A stretch of DNA of 63,088 bases, the filler included, from Octopus bimaculoides (lineage: Eukaryota), in NCBI RefSeq assembly GCF_001194135.2. It is 5 parts of 5 records of this genome, joined end to end, with 100 filler letters (N's around TTAATTAATTAA, not from the genome) between each part and the next. Parts side by side here need not be neighbours in the genome. Positions count along the whole stretch, not along the records: positions 37,241 to 52,953 come from NC_068981.1; positions 53,054 to 56,022 come from NC_068989.1; positions 56,123 to 63,088 come from NC_068983.1; 2 more parts are not named here. One strand, written 5' to 3'. The translations under genes and the position numbers were made by a program. Positions 52,735 to 63,088 of the stretch are shown here, piece by piece. Below the pieces are notes generated by a model. The model saw nothing but the letters and a program-made list of their open reading frames with translations. It was not told the DNA's origin and searched no databases. Positions within the stretch are counted from its first letter, which is position 1. The number at the start of each line of letters is the position of its first letter.

Positions 52735-52940
52735 ACTCTCTTTTACTTGTTTCAGTCATTTGATTGTGGCCATGCTGGAGCACCGCCTTTAGTCGAGCAA
52801 ATCGACCCCAGGACTTATTCGTTGTAAGCCTAGTACTTATTCTATCGGTTTCTTTTGCCGAACCGCTACGTTACGGGGACGTGAACACACTATCATCGGT
52901 TGTCAAGCGATGTTGGGGGGACAAACACAGACACATAACA
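52735..52940 (-). mobile_element. SINE family A, 3' half (runs into a gap)
   Basis: TACTCTTTTACTTGTTTCAGTCATTTG...CCATGCTGGAGCACCGCCTTTAGTCGAGC...GGACAAACAC, nearly the same as 35932-36130. Confidence 0.9.
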
Positions 52941-53053
52941 TACATACATACATNNNNNNNNNNNNNNNNNNNNNNNNNNNNNNNNNNNNNNNNNNNNTTA
53001 ATTAATTAANNNNNNNNNNNNNNNNNNNNNNNNNNNNNNNNNNNNNNNNNNNN

Positions 53054-53084
<31 letters not shown>

Positions 53085-53086
<2 letters not shown>

Positions 53087-53759
53087 CTCTGAGGTTAATC
53101 TTAGGCGTTAAGAGCAGCTGATGAGGATTCAGATGGTCTACATCAAAATCTGAAATCATGATCCGGCTATGTACGCCGGATTGTCAGTCATTAAGACAGT
53201 ATGTGTATGGCTTTTGAGTTATTTTAACTCTTATCATTAGCAAAAGCTGTGCTAGTCACTACCCTCTCTCACTTTTGAGACCTCTATTTTGCCTTTAGGT
53301 TCTAATTGCTAATANNNNNNNNNNTATATATGTACGGAATACACCTCCATTTCACTTTAAACGTGAAGCGCCTCGCTAAAGCATTCGTTAAAATAGTAGA
53401 AACTAATTTCCCACGTAAACCACAAGTACCATGCTATCCATCACAGATTCACTTTGAAATTATCCTATTCATCTACACCGAATATAGAATCTACTATCAC
53501 CTCATCTAACAAACGTAAACCTTGCACTTGCTATCTAAATGCATAAACCCTACCATAAACCTACACAATGAAAACACTAACACTGATCACAATGACATAT
53601 CTAATACGCCTGGCCAGACCACTTTAAACAACTTAAACATACATAATATAGTCTCCACGTCAGAGGTTAATGGGCACACGGCTGAAACCGACGCAAACAC
53701 TAATAGGACTAGCAATAATATTAATATTGCACCAACGGCAATATTATCATTACTGAAAA

Positions 53760-53797
<38 letters not shown>

Positions 53798-53908
53798 ACA
53801 CTCCATAACTGCTAGTATTTGCAATAATAACATCACCTCCACTACCACTGCTAATACTAACACTACTACCAATAATGCTACAAGTGCTGCTGCTGCTGCT
53901 GCTGCTGG

Positions 53909-53958
<50 letters not shown>

Positions 53959-53982
53959 ATAATAATAATAATAATAATAATA

Positions 53983-54015
<33 letters not shown>

Positions 54016-54490
54016 ATTATCACAGTGATGCCGATAACGGTAATGACGATAATTATAATAATGGTAACGCTGGCGTTGATATTTATACTACAAATGACGA
54101 CAATAATAATAGCAATATCACGAACGAATTACCTAATACCACCCCTGCCACTACCAAGCAATACCTCATCTCTCTCTCCAAATAAGCATCGTAGTACTGA
54201 TAGCTGCAACTGCAGATCTGGGACAGACTGCTCGCTGCAAATAACTCCAATAGGTATTACAGTGGATCTACCTCAAGTTTTAAACAAAGATATTATGCAC
54301 TTTTAAACTCGTTTAAATATAAAGAGAACATCAATTTCGCATTATTAGCCAGCTACGTACACCATCTAATTAATAGAAAAATACAATGTAGACTTTTCTG
54401 GGCTATAATAGACTTTGGTATCCCATATCAGAGCTAGCACTCCATTTGTGGGCTCTGCTTAAACAAAGTCCTCAAAATTTTAACCCACTA
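53085..54490 (+). mobile_element. Penelope-like element fragment (pLTR with hammerhead, linker and GIY-YIG) with triplet-repeat expansions
   Basis: NVKRLAKAFVKIVETNFP / NHKYHAIHHRFTLKLSYSSTPNIES (53330-53520), then SCNCRSGTDCSL and RYYSGSTSSFKQRYYALLNSFKY...FWAII...CGLCLNKVLKI (54200-54485). Confidence 0.8.
53113..53168 (+). ncRNA. Type I hammerhead ribozyme motif (PLE-associated)
   Basis: AGCAG-CUGAUGA-GGAUU...AAUCU-GAA-AUCAUGAU-C-CGGCU: perfect 8-nt palindromic stem III, AUC triplet, stem I 4 of 5 paired. Confidence 0.8.
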
Positions 54491-54570
54491 CTCACCACAA
54501 TTGCTTAATAAACAGAACGAAACTTTCACAGCCTGTAAGCGCAAATTCTTCTGCACTTTTAAATATGTAT

Positions 54571-54616
<46 letters not shown>

Positions 54617-55625
54617 CAAATTTATAGAAAAACAAAAGACAAAGACAGATGTATGAACAACAAGCAAGCGTATCAGTTTGATGCTAGTGCATGCACACAT
54701 GTATATACGCATACACGCGCGCGTTTGTATATGTACATATATTCGCATGTGTGTACGTATGCGCCTACATATTTGTACGTGTGTATACAGTGGTGAACTG
54801 GGTCTAAAAATATTGGTTGCTAGGAGATTAATTGGCCCACCTGCAACTACAATGCTATCATTTAATTTTTAATTTTCGTAAAATACATATGCGGAAAGAA
54901 AGTATATTTTTCAATAATTACAATGTACTGTACATATTACTGGCAGAATACAGTAATACCAATTGTAAATTCTGATTGAATTTTTAAATAAATGTTTTGG
55001 CGAATCCATAGTAAACTGTTATTTTAGAAGTGTACTGTTATTTTTAAAAAATGTTTAACCAAACTGAAAATAATGCCCAATAAATTTATAAATCAATTTC
55101 ATTATTTTTAATGAAGACTTTCTACTGTCAGAGATAACTACGTTTTCTTATGAAAATCACGGCATTGTAGCTAATACCACGTCTTCATACCTATACATAA
55201 CTTGTTTATTTGTTTGCTTATTACGAGATAGATTTCTTTCAAATAACTTGTTCATATACTATTTTTAATTAAACGTACATATTGTTAAGAATTCTATTAC
55301 CACCACTCTGATTGCTCCAGCCCTTTAAAAATAAAGGATAAATTTACACGATTTTATTCCTTCTACTTAAAATATTTTATTTCCTTATATTATTCTTTTT
55401 CCCCAGCTCCTGCCATTACCTTTGTTTTTTTATAAAGACCTTATACCATTTTCAAAATAGCAGCATATTGGATCCTTCTGAATTGACGGGCACCACTTGT
55501 TTTCTTAACTTTCAAACTTGGGATACTGGTAGAATGTGTCATATAAAACATCTTTTTCTGTTAGCCTTCTTAACAAAAATTTATATATTGCATGTTATTT
55601 CATGTTGGAGATGTCGTATTTCTGT

Positions 55626-56022
55626 AATTTCAACCAATCACTGAATACAGCTGAATACAGTTACTGCTGTTTTTGTAAACAATAATTTTTGCCGGTGTCA
55701 AGATCGTTATTCCGTAGGGTTAGGGTGAGGGTTAGGGTTATGAGTTAGGTTATGGCAAAAATAATCATAACCCTAACCCTAACCCTAAAACTAACCCTAA
55801 CTCTAAAACCTGAACCCTAACCCTAAAACCCTAAAGCTAAAACCAGTACAAACGCACGAACGATGTTATAAATAACAGTACCGCTGATAGTTGTTGTTGA
55901 CAAACAACGGCACTAATTTTATTCAAGGGAAAAGATGACATTACACCGCACAATGTGTGGTGTTCACAATTCACAGCAGTAATTGTTTTCACCTCAATAG
56001 ACGTCAGTGATTGGTTGAAATT
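55626..56022. mobile_element. MITE-like element carrying inverted (TTAGGG)n/(CCCTAA)n telomere-like tracts
   Basis: Perfect 19-bp inverted repeat AATTTCAACCAATCACTGA (55626-55644 and 56004-56022). TTAGGG-like block at about 55714-55752 faces a CCCTAA-like block at about 55768-55840. The right end runs into a gap. Confidence 0.7.
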
Positions 56023-56182
56023 NNNNNNNNNNNNNNNNNNNNNNNNNNNNNNNNNNNNNNNNNNNNTTAATTAATTAANNNNNNNNNNNNNNNNNNNNNN
56101 NNNNNNNNNNNNNNNNNNNNNNAGTACTTGAATACCAGAGGTAGAGTAATATGCTTTATTAAAAAGCAGCAAGAATATCACA

Positions 56183-56228
56183 AAAACTGTTACTCAGAAT
56201 CTCACATTCCTGTTCGTTGGACAGTTTT
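56183..56228 (-). ncRNA. Hammerhead-like motif, CC-core variant family (mutated copy)
   Basis: AAAACUGU-CCAACGA-ACA GGAA UGU-GAG-AUUCUGAGU-A-ACAGUUUU: perfect 8-bp stem I and a GNRA-capped stem II, with core substitutions. Confidence 0.55.
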
Positions 56229-57139
56229 GTTTAGAATGGAACAAAAATAAGGTTATAAGCAAATATATACAATTAACTTAATAGATACACACTTGAAAAT
56301 GTTTTTGTTTCATTGGTCCTTTCAATTAACAGTCTTTACAGTGACCAGTTGCATGCAATGAACAAATTGTGGTATAAAATCATCTTATTATAAAATTGAA
56401 GAAAACCTTAAATCAAAAATAGTTTATAAAGAAGGACAGAGCCTGAATACCCAGGGTAAATAATTATTTGTAAAATATTAATCAATTAATACATTAAAAG
56501 TTATATCTGTTTAAAAAAATTTTCATGTTGGATTACATATACATTTAGCAGTATATGCACATACCAAGCCATCTATAATATCCATATATACACTAAACAT
56601 ACAGACATATGTACATAGCTATATACATATACAGACATATATAGGCAAGACATAAATATATATATATATATATATATATTTATGCACACACACGCATGTG
56701 CACAAAATTTCCTGGCGCATGCTTACACAAGTTAGTTGTTACAGGCAAAAGAAAGACAAAGAAAAAATCAGAAAATATTAAGTATGGGATGGGGGTGGGG
56801 TGAAAAAACAGTGGAAAAGAAGAAAATGAAATAAAAGAAAAAGAAACAGAAAATTAGAGAGAGAAAGGGAAAAATAGATAGGGGCAGAGAGTGCTACATC
56901 ATGTCATTCGAAAGTATCTAAGGACGATTAGATATTTTGGATAGCATGCACAACGAATACATAAAAATGCACACATAAAATTACATGTATATCTACATAA
57001 GTACAAACACACATAGAGATATACACACACAGAGATGCGCATACAAATATACAAAAAGATGTATGCAAATACGTGCCCACATATATAAAAGTATACATAC
57101 ATATACATACACATTTATGTGTATGCATATATATATGTA

Positions 57140-57380
57140 TTGGTTTGGTGCATAATTATTGCAACTTTTTTTCCAACAAATTTAATTCAACAAAAACAAT
57201 AACATGTAACAAAAACATCTTTAAATGATTATTCCAGAGCATATTCACCATCTACTTCAATTACAGCTTCCCATTTGCTTGGCAGAAGGTCATTTAAAGA
57301 TGTCTTTGTTAAATATTGTTATTGTTTTTGTTGAATAAAATTTGTTGAATAAATGCCACAATAATTATGCACCAACCCAA
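57140..57380. mobile_element. Mariner-derived MITE inserted in the PLE 3' region
   Basis: TIRs TTGGTTTGGTGCATAATTATTG and CAATAATTATGCACCAACCCAA with extended internal inverted arms. Remnant LLPSKWEAVIEVDGEY on the minus strand. Confidence 0.85.
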
Positions 57381-57414
57381 TGTATAAATATACACACACA
57401 CACACACATGTATG

Positions 57415-57446
<32 letters not shown>

Positions 57447-59116
57447 TACACACTGACATATGTATATGCACACACATATACATACATACCTACAATACAT
57501 ACATACACAAAATGATATAGAAATATCTTCACATCAAGATAAGTATATACATCATAATATATATATGCAAACAATTTTTAAAAAACTGGGTGGTGTATAT
57601 AATATTAAAATGTAAAAATAAGGAAATTGTACATTAATTTGATAAAACATAATTAAATACGTGAGTAAACAATAAAAAATAAAAAACCCGGTGAAGCTTA
57701 AGCTTAAATTTGTAAAACAGTCGAAGGCTTTCTTAAAAATGAAGTCAAAATATACACAAGCATTGCAATACCAAATAACTATACAATGTAAAGTCAAATT
57801 CAAATGTGACAGTCAATAAAGAATATATTTCGAAAATCAAAGCATTTTACTGATACGGTACTTTGTCGGTTGACATTTTAAACTTTTCGGTGTGCCTGCA
57901 GGAATTTAATAGCTCGCATCTCTAGTTCAAAGCATTTTTATCCTGGGACAGGATGAAGAACTTTTCTGAGAGGCAAAGATTACATCTCATAGGTCTTTTA
58001 TCAGCTCCATGTCTGTATGCTGATGCTTTTTCTAGAATTTTCCAGGTTGCATTGAAAGGATGAGTGTCATTCTCTTTCAATTCCCAGACATGCTTTGCAA
58101 GACTAATCGCTGTCCTGTTCTCGGAGTATCAGAAAGAATTTCAGTGGGAATAGAATTGAGTCTTGAAAGAATTTTCTGAAGTCCCTGTATATGCTTTATA
58201 TTCTTGCGAGCCATCTATTTGCACTTTGGCTTTATAAACAATACCTATTTGAAGACATTTTCCTTCCAACAGACAGCAAGTCTCATCTTTGCAGCTGCAG
58301 TTCTTCAGATTAGATTCGGCACTGTAGTTGTCTATAATGATTTTTGTGTCATGCTGGCTAATAAAAGAGGTGAAGTTTTTGCAACAAGAATAGCTAACCT
58401 TCAGCATTCTCCTATTAAATATTCTATAGAACTTATGGCTAGATTGAAAATACTTAAAAACTAATTTTAAGAATTCCCTACCTATATTAGTTTTTACAGC
58501 CATATTAAATGTGGGGTTAAACCACAAAACTTTCCTACTTCTAGTTCTAGGTGACTTATTATTGCTAGAATTAACTGGATCTTCTTCAAGAATCCACTTT
58601 CCTCAATGCATTGTTGTAATACGGCACAGCATTTTGAAATGTTGTCTCATCCGAAGAAATTGATGATATTCACCTTCCTACATTACTAACTAGGTTCTTA
58701 AGAATTACGGGTGGATGATTAAATTCTTTGATAATATAACATAGCTTTTCATTGGGCTTACAGTAGGGTTTAAATTTATCTAATTCTAAATCTAAGTTGA
58801 TATCTAAAAAAATCTACACTTTTAAGGTTAATTTCTATCATAATCCATAAGCCCATTCTTTGGAAGAAAATAATCAGATTCTTCCGAAGTTTATCTAACT
58901 CCTAGCCGTTTAAATTATGGGTGACTATAAGACCATCATCCCTGTATAATCTTGCATCTCTATGGTTTTATACCGGAACTTGTTCAATGCATGCAACTGG
59001 TCATTATAAAGACCGTTAGTTGAAAGGACCAATAAAACAAAACCATTTTCAAATGTGTAACTATTAAACTAATTGTATATGTTTGCTTATAAACTCATTT
59101 TTGTTCCATTCTAAAC

Positions 59117-59162
59117 AAAATTGTCCGACAAACAGGAACATGAAACTCTGAGTAACAGTTTT
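59117..59162 (+). ncRNA. Hammerhead-like motif, CC-core variant family
   Basis: AAAAUUGU-CCGACAA-ACAGGAACAU-GAA-ACUCUGAGU-A-ACAGUUUU. Confidence 0.55.
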
Positions 59163-59198
59163 TGTGATATTTTTCCCGCTTTTCAATAAAGTATATAC

Positions 59199-59353
59199 AT
59201 CATCATCATCATCATCATCGTTTAACGTCCGCTTTCCATGCTAGCATGGGTTGGACGATTTGACTGAGGACTGGTGAAACTGGATGGCAACACCAGGCTC
59301 CAATCTAAATTTGGCAGAGTTTCTACAGCTGGATGCCCTTCCTAACGCCAACC
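59199..59353 (-). mobile_element. 3' end of an RTE-type LINE or RTE-tailed SINE with a (GAT)n tail
   Basis: (CAT)n-CGTTTAACGTCCGCTTTCCATGCTAGCATGGGTTGGACG...GGATGCCCTTCCTAACGCCAACC. Confidence 0.65.
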
Positions 59354-59357
59354 ACAC

Positions 59358-59394
<37 letters not shown>

Positions 59395-59559
59395 TACAAA
59401 CACAGACATATATATATATATATACACACACACACATATATATATATATTATATATATATATTTGACAGGAAGGACAACAAAAGAGAGAAAGAGACCTCG
59501 ATATTATGCAACTAGAGGAATTTATCTGTAAAAATATGTGACACTTATTCAGTAGCCAT

Positions 59560-59620
59560 GATAAAACTCCGAGTTTCGGATGCCAGGGCGGTAGCCCACA
59601 CCAACATCTCTTCAGTTATC
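59560..59620 (-). ncRNA. Type I hammerhead ribozyme motif in an unassigned repeat (about 59460-60060)
   Basis: GAUAA-CUGAAGA-GAUGUUGG...CUGGCAUC-C-GAA-ACUCGGAGU-U-UUAUC: 5-bp stem I, stem II of about 8 bp with wobbles and one extra C, GUU triplet. Confidence 0.7.
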
Positions 59621-60159
59621 CGGCCAATTGAAAATTCCTGTGAAAAATGACCATTAAAAACAAAGGGAAATTACTGTGTAGTGACAAGGTCAAAACGCGT
59701 CTAAAACTGCGTATATTATCACATGCACGCATATAGCCATATACACACGCACATATCTCTATATACGCACACATATATCTACATACGCACGCATCCACGC
59801 GCACACTCACAACCACGCACATATAAAGTTCCTTGTACGTGTCTATAAGCGTACAGGAAAAAAGTTTGGAGGGGAGAAAACAGAAAAATATGTGTGGAAA
59901 AATACAAAAAACATTAACCCTATAATTATGTAAAAAACATAAAAATAATTAAAAAATATAAGAAGATAAAAATATAAAATCCAGGTAAAAAAGGTGAAAA
60001 GTTTATACATAGACAATATAGAAACCTATCAGTACAGTCCCATCAGCAGGTCCTATCAGTAAAAATATTATATATATGCCTATATATGCATTAAATATAC
60101 ATAAATATACATATATCATATATATATGTACATACATATATTATATATTTTTTTTATTT

Positions 60160-60456
60160 ATTATGTGCCCTTTTAAAGCCTAGCCAGGCTCATGGGCCCG
60201 GTTTCCCAGTTTCTATGCTGTATGTGTCCCCCCCCCCCAGCTGGATGGGACGCCAGTCCATCACAGCGTTACTCAAGAAACAGGAAGAAAGAGTGAGAGA
60301 AAGTTGTGGTGAAAGAGTACAACAGGGGTTGCCACCACCCCCTGCCGGAGCCTCATGGAGCTTTAGGTGTATTCACTCAGTGCCTGGTCTGGGAAACGAA
60401 ACCACGATCCTCCGACCTTGAGTCCGCTGCCCTAACCACTGGGCCATTGCACCTTC
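60160..60456 (-). mobile_element. Full-length tRNA-derived SINE family C
   Basis: Head GAAGGTGCAATGGCCCAGTGGTTAGGGCAGCGGACT (A box) and GGTTTCGTTTCCC (B-box-like). Internal GATGGACTGGCGTCCCATCCAG resembles the V-SINE domain (recalled, not verified). A/T-rich tail. Confidence 0.8.
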
Positions 60457-60546
60457 ACATATATATATATATANNNNNNNNNNCACACACACACACACAC
60501 AAACACACACACATATACTTTATTTTAAAGCAGTAGAAATATCACA

Positions 60547-60584
60547 AAAACTGCTACTCAGAGTTTCATGTTCCCGTTCGTCGG
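60547..60584 (-). ncRNA. Hammerhead-like motif, CC-core variant family (5' strand of stem I missing)
   Basis: CCGACGA-ACG GGAA CAU-GAA-ACUCUGAGU-A-GCAGUUUU. Confidence 0.55.
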
Positions 60585-60589
60585 GAAAA

Positions 60590-62610
60590 AGTACTTGCAA
60601 GAAAAAAAACTTTCAAGAAGGGAAGAGGCATTGGCAGAGGAGATTTTGTGGTGGATGATGAAAAGTTATAGTGAGATAGAGAGACAAAAACAGGTGTCTT
60701 GCTGTAAAGAAAGTACAAGGTTACCCAGTCAGAGATAGATCAGAAATGAAGACAGAAACAGGTGTGTTACTGCAAAGGAAATACATGGTTACCCAACCTG
60801 AGGAAAGTGCAGGAGAAGGAAAAGAGAGTGGGAGACAACAGGATAGAGATGGTGGCAAAATGCTGGCCATACTCATAAGGAACAGAGATCAGAATATAAA
60901 TGGGATGGTTGAGTAAAGAAAGAGAGAGATATAGATACTGGCAAGTGCCATAATATAAGTGGCAGGATATTGCGAAGGAAGTGTGATTAAGAAGTGCAAG
61001 TAAGTGGTGAAAAACCTGGGTATATATAGTGTCAGGGAACTATCAGATAGCAATGATTCAGAGGAACGGGACCATGAGGACAGGATTGGGGAGCAAAAGC
61101 TAGGCATAGTGTATGAAGGAACAAATGTGAGAAAGAGAAGAGATGTGGAGATGTAGATTAGTTTGTTGGGATAGAGTGAGTGAAAATTTTTCTTGTTATG
61201 TGTGGATGTGACATATATGTCGGGGCTAGCAGACAACAATAATGCAGTGAGACAGGGTGTGTGGGTAGAACACACAGGTCAGGAGCAAGTGGAGAACAAT
61301 GATACAGTGGCACAGGACCAAGAGGACATGATTGGGGAGTGGGAGGTAAGCATGGAGCAGAGGAAGAGAAAAGATGTAGAGATGTAGTTTTCTTGTTAAG
61401 TGTGAGTGGGACACACAGCGCTTCTAGAACTCAGCTTCACCATGTGGTTGGGTCTTCTCAAAAATTTCATATTGCCAGACATTTTGGTCCATTGTCATTT
61501 CCTCCACGAGGCCCAACTTCCTGAGATTGGTCCTTACCACTTCATTCCACATCTTCCTGGGTCTCCCTCTTGCACAGGTGTCGTCCACTTTCAGTGAACG
61601 ACACTTCTTTATGCAGCTGTCCTCATTCATACACATCACATGTTCAAACCAACATAGTCTTCTCTCTTGCATGCTACATTTGATTCCTCTTATGCCCAAC
61701 TTTTCTCTCAATACATTTGCACTTTGCTGTACATGTGCACTGATGTTGCACACTACCTTTGTTTCTCTCCAGTCTATGCATGTCTTCAGCATTCAGAGCC
61801 CATATCTCACTACTATGGAGTATAGCCATTCACACACAAGCATCATATAATCTACCTTTCACTCTGAGAAATGGTCCTTTTATTGCCAACAGAGGTAATA
61901 GCTTTCTGAACTTCCTCCACCTAATTCTTATTCTAGAAACAATACTTTCAGAGCATCCTCCACCATTGCTAATTAGGAATTTGGTCACCTAGGTAACATA
62001 AACTATCTATAACCTCAAAAGAGCCTCCTGGGCATTTGAGAGAACCTAATTTCCATGGGTTCTTAACGTTTATTGTTCCTGCACAATTGACACATACAAA
62101 GACGACTTTATCTGTTAATCTACCTGTGATTCCATTACACTTCTTATGTATCCATAGTTTACACTGGATACAGAATTTCTTCCAGCTCCATTCCTACATA
62201 TTGAGCAGGGCCATTTACCTGAAGGAAAGATAGTTTTATCTTCTTCCTTATTAACAACAACGTTTGTCTTAGCTAGGTTAACTTTAAGGCCTTTTGATTC
62301 CAGGTTTTGTTTCCATACCTAGAATTTCTTCTCCACTTCTAAAGATTCTGCAATAACAGCAAGGTTATCAGCATATAGAAGTTCCTACGGGCACCCAGTT
62401 TTGAACTCCTCTGTATGGCCTGGAGGACTATAATGAATAAGAGTGGGCTGAGAATCGAGCCCTGGTGATACCCTATCTGAATGCTAAATCCATTACCGTA
62501 TTCATGGTCGACTCTCACCTTACTTACAGCACCACTGTATATGGCTGGTACAGCTCTAACAAGTCACTCATTTACTCCTAACTTCCTTAGAGACCACTAT
62601 AGAAAAGAGT
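60590..62610 (-). mobile_element. RTE-clade LINE (RT with an embedded PHD-like finger, C-terminus and long CT-rich 3' region)
   Basis: HQGSILSPLLFIIVL, GKWPCSICR...LWIHKKC...FVCVNC, SLCYLGD, and ORF 61424-61792 with QERRLCWFEHVMCM...RGRPRKMWNEVV. Confidence 0.88.
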
Positions 62611-63088
62611 GAGGAACTCCGTTGCAAATTTTTCCAAGTTGACAGTGACTAAGTATAATGGCTTACTTTTGATCATAATCTTAATGTATAAATCTGAAAT
62701 TGTGTGTTTGTGTGAAGCCTTTTTGAAAGTTTATAGAAATCCACATTTTCCACTTTTTCGTAAAAATGTTTACATCAATGGAATTTTCTCGATCTGAACT
62801 TTCCAGTGCAGTAATTAGATTTTTAAAATTCCGTTTACTTTGTGTGATTTAAGGGAGATTTGGCTGCCGTTTCTAGCAACATTTATATTCCTTCCCTTCT
62901 CCCTGTACCGGAGTTGTTATAGGGAGTAAGAGTAAAAGAGGGAGAGGGAGAGAGAGAGAAAGTGATACATACAAAGTCATAGATTAACTTGGTTACATTT
63001 TACACTTTTACTTCTTCTTCCTCTCTCTAATATAATACCTTTCCTCTACCTCTAACATATTTTTCATAACATAGAAACGTAAAAACAC

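Larger units (their letters stand above)
56144..59195 (-). mobile_element. 5'-truncated Penelope-like retroelement with a direct 3' pLTR and an inverted 5' pLTR
   Basis: LYRDDGL RT motif at about 58940. ORF 58141-58527 reads WFNPTFNMAVKTNIGREFL...KVSYSC...CSCKDETCCLLEGKCL...VYKA...YTGTSENSFK, followed by VWELKEN...CNLCLSEK...CRH. About 220-bp repeats at 56144-56370 and 58975-59195 are inverted relative to each other. Confidence 0.85.

Noticed and set aside
1-63088. CRISPR arrays, rRNA, true tRNA genes, prokaryotic or viral operons
   Set aside because: None seen. The tRNA-like A/B boxes all belong to SINE heads, and the regularly spaced repeats are SINE or satellite units without unique spacers.

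Overview
AT-rich, gap-ridden eukaryotic draft sequence. The microsatellite load and the SINE, RTE and Penelope repertoire look like a cephalopod (Octopus-like) genome; this is inferred from recognition of the repeats, not from a search. I cannot identify any host protein-coding gene with confidence. Most ORF-track entries are translated microsatellites, N gaps or transposon fragments, and only a few weak candidate exons remain. The window is a graveyard of mobile DNA: Tc1, mariner and maT fossils and MITEs, a Helitron, a Helentron-like non-autonomous element, at least five RTE-clade LINE pieces, a CR1/L2-like fragment, three tRNA-derived SINE families and several Penelope-like (PLE) fragments. 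The most interesting signals lie between 44 and 61 kb. There are three type I hammerhead ribozyme motifs with canonical cores and self-complementary stem III, two of them next to PLE ORF remnants. A fourth hammerhead-like family occurs in three copies that all carry a non-canonical CCGANGA (U4C) core in a PLE terminal repeat. Other notable features are an RTE LINE tail with three intact C2H2 fingers, a MITE-like element with head-to-head telomeric repeats, a roughly 640-bp local tandem array split by nested insertions, and a head-to-tail SINE array. All structures were folded and translated by eye.
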